Below, piece by piece: positions 1-12,846 of a stretch of DNA of 64,000 nucleotides. The DNA is taken from positions 19,068,097 to 19,132,096 of the forward strand of contig JAHRHZ010000274.1 of assembly GCA_024137785.1 (NCBI GenBank), in the 5' to 3' direction. This stretch comes from Ginglymostoma cirratum (taxonomy: Eukaryota). A program made the position numbers and the translations under genes. The notes beneath the pieces were generated by a model. That model had not been told where the DNA came from, did not search any database, and saw only the letters and a list, made by a program, of their open reading frames with translations. Each line of letters begins with the position of its first letter. The stretch's first letter is position 1.

Positions 1-279
1 GACCTGTCCGTCCTCCCTGGACTGACCTATCTCCTCCTCCCCCCCCTCCCTACACTCACCTTTACTGGCTCCATCCCCGCCTCTTCGACTTGTCTGCCTC
101 CTCTCCACCTATCCTCTCCTCTATCCATCCTCTATCCGCCTCCCCCTCTCTCCCTATTTATTTCAGAACCCTCTTCCCCTCCCCCATTTCTGATGAAGGG
201 TTTAGGCCCGAAACGTCAAGTTTTCCTGCTCCTATGATGCTGCTTGACCTGCTGTGTTCATCCAGCCCCATGCTTGTTA
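1..279 (+). mobile_element. Penelope-like element 3' end/pLTR, family B, cut off by the window start
   Basis: C/T-rich tract followed by CTGATGAAGGGTTTAGGCCCGAAACGTC. Matches 12531-12810, which directly follows a GIY-YIG C-terminus. Confidence 0.85.
186..221 (+). ncRNA. Minimal hammerhead ribozyme motif (PLE family B)
   Basis: Core CUGAUGA (190-196), one extra A, stem II GGGU/GCCC, GAAA, palindromic ACGU stem III, GUC cleavage triplet (215-217). Stem I is AUUU/AAGU. Confidence 0.75.
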
Positions 280-1094
280 AATAACATGTCTGAGCAAGTT
301 GATATAGGAAATTCCTAAAATCCTTTGGGTGTCTTTGAGGTATTACAGTTTAACATAAGACCTCAATTGTTAAGTAGGTTTCTTGGATTGTCAATAGCAG
401 TGAATTTTGCAGTTTGCGTTAAGTCCTAGGTTCTCTAAGGCTTCATTTCAAGCATTTCTGTTACTAGGTATATTTCATCTTGTGAATGGGAGAAATAAAT
501 TTTTCAACCTGTGCACAATTCTGTGTCTTTAACTTTATCTGCTCGGTGGACTTTCAAGTATCAGCTTGCTTGTGTACTCCATGTTAGCTGGGATCATTGT
601 GCCTACAATTGATAACTGCAGCTAAAGTGTCATCACAAACATGTGAACATTCTCATTATGGTGTAAATCAATTGGAGATGAGAACCTTTCCATGCTTCCC
701 ATGGGTTCTGTCTGACTTGTTTGATTGACATTGGAGAGAGTGTTAATTTAAGATGAAACAGTATTTTGTCTAACCCACGTTGGTTTCTATGCTGTTCAAG
801 TGATCGCTGTTGCCATTTTAAGTTAAAGCTTTTGCCTCTTTTTAAAAGTATCTTAACCCATAACATTCCCAGGTGTTAAATCAGCCGATTGAAATTTACG
901 GGCCTATAGTCTATATTTATACCATTGTACAGGTTGGAGTAAAAAATACATTTTACATACTCATCCTCCAGATCACATTTGTTAATTTTGTTTAGTCTAG
1001 TTTATATGAATGTTGAAGTGCCTCACAATGTTATTTGCATTTGCTACAATTTCTCAAAAATTCTTGTTTCATGCTAAGTATAATGGGGTAACCA

Positions 1095-1370
1095 TTGTTA
1101 GAGGGGCCTATAAGCTACTTCAACCAAAAATGTCTGACTCTTGCTATTTCTAATCTTCACCATACTGATTCAATTTCCTGATTTTCTGATTCAAGCTACT
1201 TTCTCGCTAATGTCTTGATATTAATTTTTGTTATCAGAGCTGTCCCTCCTCTTTTTCCATTCTACCCATCTTTTCAAAAAGTTATGAACTCTGGAATACT
1301 TATTTTTCAAACTTGGTCACCCTGTAACAATACCTCTGTGATGGCAATTAGATCTAAAATGTTTATCTGG
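1095..1370 (-). mobile_element. Degraded CR1 LINE fragment (endonuclease region)
   Basis: Resembles the CR1 ORF2 APE region in antisense and is heavily decayed. Confidence 0.5.
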
Positions 1371-2904
1371 ATTTCTCAATCTAACCTTGGCTCCTTCTTT
1401 TTGTTTCTCCTACTGAATCTGATTTGATATTGAATTCAAACATTCTAATTTAAGCTTTCTTCTCCAGTGTATATCAATCCCTCAATCAAAGATTATGGAA
1501 ATACATATTTGCTTACTGGTTCACTCAGATCCCAAATTCTGGTTTCTCTCGTTACACCACGATGAGCTTACACTTTCCAGACAAACAAACAAAACATACA
1601 AATTTAAATATGATGGTCAAGTCTAACTCATTTCAAATTTGAGTCATTCCACACACCGTTTACAAAACTGACAATCTCCAAAGGCACATAACAGAATCAC
1701 TTTCGTTAGTCTCCTTTGCTATCCACTCAGAAGGCAAAGATCAAACCCTGCATTAAAGAACACATAGGAATTGGCTAAGTCAGTCTTAGGAATTTGGCTT
1801 GCTGTGTTTTGTACATCTCGACCAACTATAATGAAGTTCCTGGTGAGAACAGGGAGCAAGTTTGTTATAAGGAGAATTGTAATAACAAGAGTTGATTCTT
1901 ACTCTAATTTCTTTCACTATGATCTGTGCCTGAATATTGAGATGAACAACTGGGATGAATATTAAATAACTCTCCTCATCAAAGCGTAGAGGAACAGCCT
2001 AGTGTGTGATCTCCACACTCTCACACAGGCAACAGTCATTGTGGTAGAAGATGCAAATCATACTTAAAAACTGAAGCAGAGACATTGCATTAAAACTGTG
2101 AAGAGCTAATCCATTTATACTTGTAAAAATGTTTCCATCATCGTGTAGAAATAAGCACTGGAGATGAATTATCAAACAGCGCTCATTGATTTGGATTTTC
2201 TCAGAACAACCAGACCGTTTTTGAGCTTCGACAACTTCAGATGTCGTTGCACAGCTGACAATTTGTTATTTTCCCAGACAGCCAGGGTGAATTTCCTGTC
2301 AATCCAGTGAATCTCAGGCTCCGTGTTTCTTAGCAACTTGGTGTAATTTTGTGTCTGGTTTCTGGGGTATCCAGTCAGGATTTCAAACTGTTTCTAATTA
2401 TGTTCTTCAATAGGCTAGAAATAATTTGCATCTGCCTTTGTCATTGTTTAATTGAAGTCTATGAATGCATTTCTTGATGACCCTACCGATGCTCTGCTTT
2501 GTGTTCTCTGGTAATTTAATAGTAGTAAATAAATGAATTTAATTTAAATTTTATGATGTTGTTGCTGCCAGTTTAGTGATGAACGTAATTATCTTGCTGA
2601 CCTGATGAGGCTCATGTTCATCAGTTCCATTGATCTGTTCAATGTTTTCTCTGATTACCTGCTGAATGCTTGTTATCAAGTTCCTGAACCAACCGGTATG
2701 GCTGTTTCAAATCTTGCACTGGTCCATATTACAAATCTCTTTTGTTGCTTGTAACAACGCCAAACAGGAGAGCTGCTGTCTTCTGTCATCGTTACACAGG
2801 CATCCATGACATCGTTCACCCAAATGCACCTAGCTGGGCCATCTTTCATCTTTCATTCAATTTGCCCAGCTCAGATCAGATGCCCAAACTAGGTCATAAC
2901 TTCA

Positions 2905-4795
2905 TAAATGTAGGAGCAGAAGTGGGCCATTTAGTCCAAAAAGCCTGCTCTGCATGCAATAAGGTCATGATTAATCTGATAATATTCAACTTTGCCTTCC
3001 TGCCTTTTCCCCATAACCCTTGATTCCCTTATTAATTAAAAATCTGTCTACCTCAGCCTAGTTTGCTAACAATCCAAAATCTACAACAGCTTGTGGTGAA
3101 GGATTCCAGCAGATTCCACCCTCTGAGAGAAGAAATTCCTCCTGATCTCTGTCTTAAATGGGCAATCCATTGCTCTGAGACTATCTGGCCCTGGTCGTGC
3201 CCTCAAGGGAAACAACCTCTCAGCATCTATCCTGTCAAGCTCAATAGGAATCAGAAATATTTCAATAAGGTTGTTTCTCACACCTCTGAACTCTAAAGAG
3301 TGTAGGCCCAACTTGCTCAACGTTTCTTCATAAGAAAATCCCTCCATACTTACAATCAACTTAGTGAACCCTCTTGGAACTGTCACCAATACCAATATGC
3401 CCATTTCTGATGAAGGGTTTAGGCCCGAAACGTCAAGTTTTCCTGCTCCTATGATGCTGCTTGACCTGCTGTGTTCATCCAGCCCCATGCTTGTTATCTC
3501 GGATTCTCCAGCATCTGCAGTACCTTTTATCTCTGTCTTTCTATAGATACTGTTAGTAGATTCTAGGTGTGTCTAACTTGTGCCTTCTAAGGTTTTAGCA
3601 AGAATTTCCTATTTTGATCTTCATTGCCTTTAAAATAAAGGCCAACATTTTATATGTCTTCCCTTTACCTGATGAACTTGTATATTAGCCTTTTGTGATT
3701 TGTTTTCAAGGACACACAAGTCCCTATGTGCTGTTTGCTGTCTATTTCTATTTAAATAATGTTCAGTTTCTTTATTCTTAGTAAGGTCATAACATCACAT
3801 TTCCCCTCATTATATTTGATCTGCCAGGACTTTTCCCACTCACAACTTTCTATAGCCATCTGTAGACTCTTTGCGTAATCCTCGCTTCTTGCCTTCCCAC
3901 CGATTTTTGCAAAATCTGCAAATTATCAATAGTATATATTTTTCCCTCATCCAAATCATTAATATATATTGAAAATAACTGTGACGCCATCACTGACCCA
4001 CGTGGTACGCCACTGGTCACAGGTTGCCATCCTGAAGATGACCCTGAATATCCCAAATCTCTGTCTTTTATTAGTTAGTCAATCCCTCTGTGCATGCTGA
4101 CATACTACCTCAAACGCCATTGGTTTGTTTTATTCAGCAGCCTAATGTATGGTACCTCATCAAATGTCTTTTGCAAATCCAAGTACATTTATACTGGTTG
4201 CCTTTATCTATTTTGCTTCTAATAATTCTAATCAATTTGTCGAACCTGATTTCTCCATTATGAAGCCATGCTGACTCTGCTTAATTATATTATGAATTTA
4301 TAAATGTTCCACTGTTATGTTCTTTATCATATACTCTAACATTTTCCCAATAACTGGTCTATTGTTACCTGTTTTGTTCTCTCCTTACCTTTCTGAACAG
4401 AGTGATACATAGGCAGTTTTCCACTCTGAGACTTTACCAGAGTCTAAGGCTCCTGAAAGATTACTACCTATATATCCATTATCCCTGTAGCTACTTCCTT
4501 TGATATCGTGGGATGCAACTTTTCAGGTCAAGGGGACTTATCAGCCTTTTACCACATTAGCTTCCTTGTGCTTTTTCTCTGGTGATACTTGCTATATTCA
4601 TTTCCTTTCCACCTTTTGCCTCTTGATTATTTAGTATTTTTGGAATACTATTAGCGTCTTCTACTAGATGACTTAACACAAAATATTTATTCAACTCCTC
4701 TGCTATTTCCTGATTCCCAATTACTATTTCCCCAGTCTCATTCGTTAAGGGGCCTTTGTTCACTTTAACCTCTCTCTTCTATTTTACAAGTTTAA
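2905..4795 (-). mobile_element. 5'-truncated CR1 LINE (RT and 3' UTR), interrupted by a PLE fragment at 3400-3535
   Basis: Translations SSSGWQPVTSGVPRGSV..QLFSIYINDLDEG, SYEETLSKLGLHSLEFR..TEIRRNFFSQRV and GPLTNETGEIVIGNQEIAEELNKYF. Confidence 0.9.
3400..3535 (+). mobile_element. PLE family B pLTR fragment with hammerhead core (3403-3438), nested in CR1
   Basis: Identical to 183-279 over 97 bp, then continues into the TCTCGGATTCTCCAGCATCTGCAG tail. Confidence 0.85.
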
Positions 4796-5339
4796 AGAAG
4801 CTCTTGACCATATTTTACTAATTTTGTACAATTTACAAATTACTGACATTTTCTATTTAGGTATCTCTTTTTAAAGTTCTTTTACCTTATAAAGATGTCA
4901 AACACATTTAGCAGATGCAAATTTGTTTTACTTCAGGAGAGGAGCGAATGAAATCTAAATTTAAGTATCTAAAAAAAACTCTTTGCTTTCACAATCACAC
5001 ATCTTCCTTTTTCTTTTGTTTCTTGTCAATCGATACATTTTGCTGTGTCTGTCTCTGAAAGACCCAGTCCTGGAGTGTTTCCTTGTTCAAGAAGATGCTT
5101 TGGAGTCTGAGCTTGTGATATCTATACTACCAAATCCACAACAGAAAAGGAACATAGGTTTTGTGAGATGCATCTATCTAATCATGGGGACATCTAATAT
5201 ATCAACATTTGTTTAAAGCAGAGTTTCAAGTGCCTGAATAAAAATGGGAATATGTTGCAGAAGAATTCAATGTATTTTTTTAACACTGTTATGGATTCTG
5301 ATATCCCAAGCAGTTAAAGTAATGTGAAAAAAAAAATGA

Positions 5340-5860
5340 AGTACCTCAGATGCTGGAAATCAAAAGCAAAAACGAAAACAGAAATTTCTGGAGAAGCTCA
5401 GCAGGTCTGGCAGCATCTGTGGAGAGAAAGTAGAGTCAGTGTTTAGGGTCCAGTGACTCTTCTTCAGGACATGTTGTTTCACCTATAAATAGAAACATTT
5501 CCTGAAATAAAAAAAATGAACTTGCTGGAAATACTCAGCATATCTCATCACATACCTGTGGAGAGAGAAAAGCTGTTAACTTTTCAGATCAATGTTTTTT
5601 TTATCAGTAGTGGAAAAGTTGGAGGTGTAATAAAAACAGAAGAGTGTTTAAGAAACTCAGCGCGTCTGACAGCTTAGAGAGTGAAACAGAGTTAATGTTT
5701 CAAGTCCAACATGCCTCTACTGAAGAAAACAGTCATATTGGACTTGAAACTTTAACTCTGTTTCTCTCTCCACAGATGGTGCCAGATCTGCTGACTTTCT
5801 TCAGCATTTTCTCTTTTTATTTCAGATCTCCAGCATACGCAGTATTTTGGCTTTATTTTA
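5340..5860. mobile_element. Cluster of old short PLE pLTR-derived repeats, including a fold-back copy at ~5632-5850
   Basis: Repeated CAGATGCTGG/CTCAGCAGGTCTGGCAGCATCTGTGGAGAG arms and a relic core CTGAAGA..AGTC..GACTTGAAAC. Confidence 0.7.
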
Positions 5861-6494
5861 GAGATGGAGCAGTTTTTGAGGAAGAACATTTCCTGATCTC
5901 ACCATTCAGTCTTTGGGTGATGATTTTTTAAATGTATCTTCACATTGTTCAAAGCAAATTGCCTTTGTTTCACATGAACAGTATGAAACTCTGTCATAGT
6001 ATCGAATACTTCCTTCAAATCTTCTAACAAATTTTGTTCTCATGCCTTTCCTCGTTACTAAAATTTATGATTTATAATGTCTAATTTGGCTTTGTATCCT
6101 GTGCATTGCTCTGACATCCTTTGTGCAGATTCCAAACCAAAAAATCTCCTGATTTTTGCCCTTTAAAAACCTCAAAATGTCTCAAACAAAGCCACCAGTA
6201 CGATTGCTTGTCAGCTCTGTGGGTGTCTGCAAAACCAACAACTGTCACAATTATGACAAAACGTAAACTATCATTTTCAAATTCCCAAAAATATACATTA
6301 TTCATTAAAAAAAACATGCAAAGTCTTTAAAGCAGTTTGGTTCTATACAGTAGCATATGAAGAAAACAAACAAAAATTGGAGCTTGACTCTATCTAACAA
6401 ACAAATCAAAGCCATCCCTTCCTTGTGCAGTATTATATTTGCATACAATTGAGGCACTAGGAGGGTCCAATAACTGAACAGGCCCCCATTTAAA

Positions 6495-9020
6495 TTAAGC
6501 AGAAAGACCTCAAGCAGCTGCTCCAAGGTAAAGTCCATCCCTCAGCATGTAGCCGTGGACTTTGGAACGTGCAACACTCAGTTGGAGTCAACTCCTTGCT
6601 CCAGGGTACAGACCGTAGAGCACAGAATCCTACATCACGGAGCTGCTCAGGGAGAATCTCAACAAAAAAACTATCGCATCTTTCTCCAGACTTCCTTTGC
6701 AAAGGCACATTCCAGCAGGAAATGTGTGACATTCTCAAGGAATTGCACCACCCCCACCCCCAACACAGCTGCTTCGAAGACAGTATCTGGTGGCGCAGCC
6801 AGACTGGGCATATGAGAAAGTAGTGCCCTTCTCACTGCCAGCCAATGTGATGTCTTCGTGTTTGTTGGAAAGTTCAGATGAGGAGGCATTCTGCCAAGTG
6901 ACTTTGACAGTCTGCTCAGGGAACCATACGAAAAGAGCCACCCTCTCCTTTTCCTGTGGGGTCAAAAGGATGCTATTTGCTGCCCACTTCCTGCTAGACT
7001 TGTGGTCAAAGGCGTTTAATTGATTGATTTATTGTCACATGTACCTAAATACTGTGAAAAGCTTTGTTTACAAGCAGTACAGGCAGAACATAGCAAGCAA
7101 GGACATACAGGTCATAGGGTGAGAAAAAAACTAGACAGGGGCATAAAGCTTACATTGCACAGGATGTACACCAGGCAAGATCAACATTAACAAGACCAAC
7201 ATTATTTGAAGTTAGAGAATGAAGTCATCAGTCTAATAATGGTATGGGAAGAAGCTGTTTCTGAATCTGCTGGTGCGTATGTTCATCTTCTGACTGATGG
7301 AAGAAGTTGTAGGAGAATCTTACAGGGTGGGAGGGGTCTTTGATGATGTTGGCAGCCATGGAGTCCATGGATGGAACATTGGCTTCCGTGGTGGTCTGGG
7401 CTGTGCACACCAACTTCTGTAGTTTGTTACAGTCCTGGGTAAAGCAGTTGCCACACCAGGCCGTTATGCACCCAGATATTATGCTTGTAATGGCTTATCT
7501 GTAGAAATTAGTGAGGGTCCTTATGGACATGCCGAATTTTCTGAGCTGCCTGAGGAAGAAGAGGAGTTGTTGTGCCTTCTTGACCATCGCATCTATATGG
7601 GGAGTCCAGGACTAGTTGTCAGTTATCATTGCTCCTAGGAACTTGACATTCTCCACCCTCTCAACGTCACCTCCGTTGAGGTAAATAGGAGTATGTTCCC
7701 CTCCCTCCTTTCTGAAGTCACTGATCTGTTCCTTAGTTTTGCCAATGTTGAGAGCAGTGTTGTTCTCATTGCATCATGTCACCAAACCCTTTATCTCCCT
7801 TCTGAATTCTGACTCATCATTGTTTGATTTCTTTGCAAATTCCTCCACAAATGACAGGTGATACAGAACAGATCAACTACTTGTAATACTCCGTACAAAT
7901 GAGGCCAGTCCCATCCTTTGCAGGGAACATGTAGAAGCTCTGTATGTAGTGACATTTGGTGTTTGTGTACTGACGATCTATGCACAGTCATCAGGATGAG
8001 GGCAACATTGGGTATGTTGTTCGCTCCACTTATCCAGAGTTTTGTACATGGTGTCCCTGCAGACACAGTCCATCATAGATCTCCAGATGAAGTGGAAGAT
8101 GGCTTGGGTGACTGAAACAGTGCAGTTTTTGGGGATGGGTCAGACATGCACCACGTACATCAACATAGAGTGTCTCACACCTGATGGCCAGGTTTTTACC
8201 AGCAATGGAGAGGGAGTGGTGCTTCCAAAAGATCAGTTATTGCCTCACCTTGGAGATGTGCTCCTCACAAGATTTTGTGCAGGTCCTAGCCCCTCCGGAC
8301 CATAATCCCAACACCTTCAGATATTCTATCCTGACAGTGAAGGGGATTAAGGATCACTCGATCCAGTTCCCAAAGAATATGGCCTCGGTCTTGCCTCAAT
8401 TTCCCTTGGTTCCTGAGGCCAGTTTGAACTGGTCGCAGATGCCCATGAGTCTGTGCACTGACAGCGGATCCAAGCCAAAAATGGCAATGCCATCCATGTA
8501 CAGGGAAGCTTTGACCTGCAGGCCTCCGCTACCTGGAATTGTCACTCCTCTCAGGCTTGCATCCTTCCTGATGGACTCAGGAACAGGCTATATGCAACAT
8601 ACAGACAGGGCAGGAGAGAGTGAACAACCCTGCCCGTCTCCAGATCTGATCAGAAAGCTTTCTGATTCCCACCGGCTGATTGAGCCTGCACTAACAATAT
8701 TGACATCGAGCAGTCGGATCCAGTTGCGAATCCCTCCCCAAAGCCTATTTTAGAGAGTACATCCAACACGTAGGTGCGTGATGTCCTGTCAAATGCCTAG
8801 TCCAGGCTGATGAGACAGGCGTCCACGCGCTTCCTGAACATAGGCGTTCGTATCTCTGAGGCGTGCAAGGATCTCGGAGATCATCCTGCCTGATACAGCA
8901 CAAGTTTGGTTGGGTGAATCACCGATCCCAGAGCAGACTTGACCCAGTTGGCCATGACCTTAGACAGGATTCTGTAGTCTGCATTAAACAGTGAAATTGG
9001 TCACCACTTTCTAATTTCTA
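6495..9020 (-). mobile_element. Tx1-clade (L1-like) LINE fragment with RT and C-terminal zinc-finger region, split by a Rex1/Babar insertion
   Basis: Minus-strand PISLFNADYRILSKVMAN, GQGCSLSPAL, VKASLYMDG (YMDD motif) and ENVTHFLLECAFAKEVWRKM, with many stops. Confidence 0.85.
7015..7835 (-). mobile_element. Rex1/Babar-type LINE 3' fragment nested in Tx1
   Basis: VENVKFLG..KKAQQLLFFLRQLRKFGMS..TLTNFYR..CITAWCGN..AANIIKDPSHP, followed by a 3' UTR ending in AATAAATCAATCAA. Confidence 0.8.
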
Positions 9021-9049
9021 ACCCTCCGTTAATTGATTTCAATACCTGA

Positions 9050-10232
9050 GGTCTTCAAGTATAAAATAATTTTGAAAGGAAAACGCACAGACATAAGATA
9101 GCCAGAGTAATCAGCTGATTACACAGTTTAGTCAAGCTTTACAAAACCAACATGAAATAAGTTACATTGTTTTAACTGAAATTAAGATTGTTCTAAAAAT
9201 AACTGAAACTAGTCTACACATTCAGATGCAAAGAAACCCTCACTAATATGACAAGTTTTAGTAATCGGAGATGAAATCTACAATTATTAAGCTTGGAACT
9301 TGGAACTCAGACATTGGAATGTACAAACAATCTCAAGTAGCTGCTTCAGGCAGCAAAGAGGAGGTAAATTTGTGACTGAACCAATGAGAAGAATTTTTTT
9401 TTCTCCCTCGCTCTCTCTCTCTCTCTTTCTCAGTGTCTCTCAAAAGACAAAGCAGCAGTGAAGACATAAGCTAAAAAGAAACATCACAACACCGAGAACA
9501 CAAAAGACAATGAAATATTTGCTACTGCTGAGGATACAAGATGTCACTTGAACAATTGTGCCCTTGGGTTAAAACCTTACACCTCAAAGGACACCCTGAG
9601 AATGCTAAACCATGTTTCATTTGTTTTTCTTTTGTACTGTGTTCTATTCCTCCTTAACTTTGTACCTGTGTTTGTGTTTGATTTTGTGTCTTTTTTCCTC
9701 AGAATTAGCAGATAATGAAATTGCTCTTTCTTTCACTCAATAGAGGCTTGTAACTGGTTCTTTATTGTTACTGGTGAACTAGAATCCCTACAGTGTGAAA
9801 GTAGGCCATTTTGCCCATCAGGTCCTCACTGGCCCTCTGAAGAGTATCCCACCCAGACTGAAACCCCCACCCCATTCCTATAATCCTGCATTTCCCATGG
9901 CTAATGCACCTAGCCTGCACACCCTTGGATACTATGGACAATTTAGCATGGCCAATCGACCTAACCTGCACATCTTTGGATTGTGGAAGGAAACCCACAT
10001 GGACATGGGGACAATAAGTAAACTCCACACAAACAATCACCCGAGGGTGGAATTGAACCCAGCTCCCTGGCGCTGTGAAGCAATAGTGCTAACCAATGAG
10101 CCACCATGCCATGTCTAGTTAACTACCCTTAGGGGTGTAGCCTCATGCTAAAGAGAACACAATCTTTGTTGCAGTCAATCAAAGAGGTTGAAAAGAGGGG
10201 ATTTGATTTACCCTGTCCAACCTGAACATAAC
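9050..10232 (+). mobile_element. Possible decayed solo LTR, interrupted by an HE1-like SINE
   Basis: LTR-like layout ((CT)n tract, T/G-rich tract, polyA-signal-like region) ending in CATAACA. The 5' end and TSD were not located. Confidence 0.3.
9783..10110 (-). mobile_element. HE1-like V-SINE
   Basis: tRNA-like head (GGCATGGTGGCTCATTGGTTAG..GGGTTCAATTCC), V-domain (TGTGTGGAGTTT..CCAAAGATGTGCAGGTTAGG..GGCCATGCTAAATTG) and CR1-type tail. Confidence 0.85.
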
Positions 10233-10550
10233 ACAGCCAGAAAATTGCTGATACTATCCTATTCCCTTGAAAGAGAATGGAGCTTAACTTGTTTCAGCAT
10301 CTAGACCTTGCAGCCCCTACATTCTTGTTCAGCCAATTCGACAAGGCCTAAGGAAAGAGACTGGAGCCCACTAATTGAGGCCTCTGTTCATCTCAGGCCT
10401 TCACAACATTTCGGTAGAGCTTGTGAATTTAAGTAGTAGGCCTGAGATCACCTTCAAGAGCCACGAAGTGTGTTCAGGGCATTCTGGATTTTCTAGTCAA
10501 AATCCCAAATATGAAAATCAGTAATATATGAAAAGACTAAAGATTTCTGG

Positions 10551-11345
10551 TTTATTTGATTTGAGTTGATTTGATATTATCACGTGCATTCATATGCAGA
10601 AGTACAGGAGTACAGTGAAACATATATAATGTCATGACACACAGTGCCATCTTAGGTACGAATGTACCTAGGAACAAAACATAGGTTCAAGTCGTAACAC
10701 ACAGTAACAAAGGTACAAGCGAAGTATCAGTGTTGTTCTTAGTATACGTAGAAAAACACAGAAATAAAGTTAAAAGTTAACATTTCAGTCCTTCCTAGTA
10801 TTAAGTGGAAAAATAAAGGAATAAAGGTAAAAGGTCAGCAGTCTTTCTTAAGTGGACTCTTTACGAAGGCTCAGTTTTCTCCGCTGGTTCCTGTTTTCGA
10901 CACCACAGATGCTGGCGACCTCCCTCACCTACAGTTTAGGCTCCTTCTAACCAGGTTGGCCTTAGGCCCATGGCCACTTCCACACACCGGGCCTCCAGTT
11001 GACACTGCTCTGGGCCTGCAGCCGTTGTCAGACACCCTGCAATGCCGTCGCCGCTGCTTCCTTTCACTGCAGAATTCCAGGAGCAGAGACAAGAAGCAGA
11101 GAGAAGAGAGAAAAAAATGAATGTGGCTGGTCTGCAGCATACAGGCCTACTGTGCCAATACTGCCTTCTTGAATAGCAGTCTCTCTCTCTTCTCCACGCT
11201 GCCGTGTCCTACTATTTCCTGCAGCCACTGGGCCCTCTCTGTCTCTCTCTGTCCTCCGCACTGCCGCCCATTCCCTTCTGCTGTCATTGCCTTAAAAGGC
11301 CGAGAAAGAAAAGAGAGAAAAAAAATTAGCTCCATCTGCCATTAG
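10551..11345 (-). mobile_element. Unclassified non-coding retroposed element with a LINE-like 3' tail
   Basis: The tail (ATCAAATCAACTCAAATCAAATAAA, preceded by TTCACTGTA..GTGATAATA) resembles the Rex1-like tail at 7015-7060. The 5' part is GC-rich. Confidence 0.45.
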
Positions 11346-11825
11346 CAGTAGCAGCACCCACAGAAGACATGAAATAGGACGTCGTACTTTCAGATACCAG
11401 TGCTGCTAGCATGCCATATCTTCTGGTAACCAACCATGGTAACTTGTAGTTGGAGTAGTTCATTGCCACCAATCCTTCCTTCTACTCTTTCAAACATTAA
11501 ATGGACAAAATTGGTTTAAACAGACCCTGATACAATACAAAAATACAAGCTAACAGTTAATGGAAACTTATGTAAAGCAAATGAAAGCTTATCAAATCAA
11601 AATAACATTGTCCAAGTGATGATACACCCCAGGTTCTCATTTCTACACTTAGTCTAAGGGCCTGTCCAATTTATTGAGGGCAACGGATCGATCTTGAGAA
11701 AGTATTGATAAGAAGAAGTACTTGGTTTACAGAATAAGTTATAGTTTATCACATGATCATGCTAGGTAAAATTGACAGAAACTCGTTAGGCATAAATACA
11801 ATTGCCAGTAACAGGGACATCACAT

Positions 11826-12118
11826 TCATAGAATCAAGACAGTGTGGAAACAGGCTATTTAGCCCAGCAAGTTTGCATGGACTCTCTGAGGAGCATCCCA
11901 CTCAGACTCACCCCTGCCCTACAACCTCACATTTCCCATGGTTAATCCAAACATCCCTGACACTATGAGCAATTTAGCACAGCCAAACTTGCACAATCTT
12001 TGGATTGTAGGAAGAAACCTACACAGACATAGGGAGAATATGCAAACAGTCACCTGAGGCTGGAATTGAACCCAGGCCCCTCGTACAGTGAAGTAGCAGT
12101 GTTAACCACCCAGCCACC
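11826..12118 (-). mobile_element. HE1-like V-SINE
   Basis: Aligns by eye with 9783-10110; B-box GGGTTCAATTCC present. Confidence 0.8.
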
Positions 12119-12140
12119 TCAAACAACTGTGTACATTAGG

Positions 12141-12846
12141 GATAACAAGGTGTAGAGCTGGATGAACACAGCAGGCCAAGCAGCATCAGAGGAGCAGGAA
12201 GGCTGACATTTCGGGCCTAGACCCTTCTTCAGAAATGGGGGAGGGGAAGGGGGTTCTGAAAGAAACAGGGAGAGACGGGGAGGCAGATAGAAGATGGATA
12301 GAGGAGAAGATAGGTGGAGAGGAGACCGGTTCATATTCCGCTTGGGAACCCTGCAGCCCAATGGTATCAATGTGGACTTCACAAGCTTCAAAATCTCCCC
12401 TCCCCCACCGCTTCCCAAAAACAGCCCAGCTCATCCCCGCCTCCCTAACCTGTCCATCCTCCCACCTATCCCGTCCTCCCACCACAAGCCCCAGCCCCCT
12501 CTCCTACCTACTAACCTCATCCCGCCCCCTTGACCTGTCCGTCCTCCCTGGACTGACCTATCTCCTCCCTACCGCCCCACTTACACTCACCTTTACTGGC
12601 TCCATCCCCGCCTCTTTGACCAGTCTGTCTCCTCTCCACCTATCTTCTCCTCTATCCATCTTCTATCCACCTCCCCATCTCTCCCTATTTATTTCAGAAC
12701 CCGCTTCCCCTCCCCCATTTCTGACGAAGGGCCTAGGCCTGAAACGTCAGCCTTCCTGCTCCTCTGATGCTGCTTGGCCTCCTGTGTTCATCCAGCTCTA
12801 CACCTTGTTATCTCAGATTCTCCAGCATCTGCAGTTCCTACTATCT
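12141..12846 (+). mobile_element. 5'-truncated PLE (family B) with inverted 5' pLTR and 14-bp TSD
   Basis: TSD CTGTGTACATTAGG at 12127-12140 and 12847-12860. 12141-~12325 is the reverse complement of the 3' part. GIY-YIG C-terminus FIFRLGTLQPNGINVDFTSF. Hammerhead cores at 12205-12232 (-) and 12721-12748 (+). Confidence 0.92.

Noticed and set aside
8184-8753. 189-aa plus-strand ORF
   Set aside because: Antisense reading of the Tx1 RT.
10040-10110. tRNA-like A/B box sequences (also ~12060-12118, 46440-46525 and 56750-56818)
   Set aside because: SINE heads continuous with SINE bodies; no complete cloverleaf.
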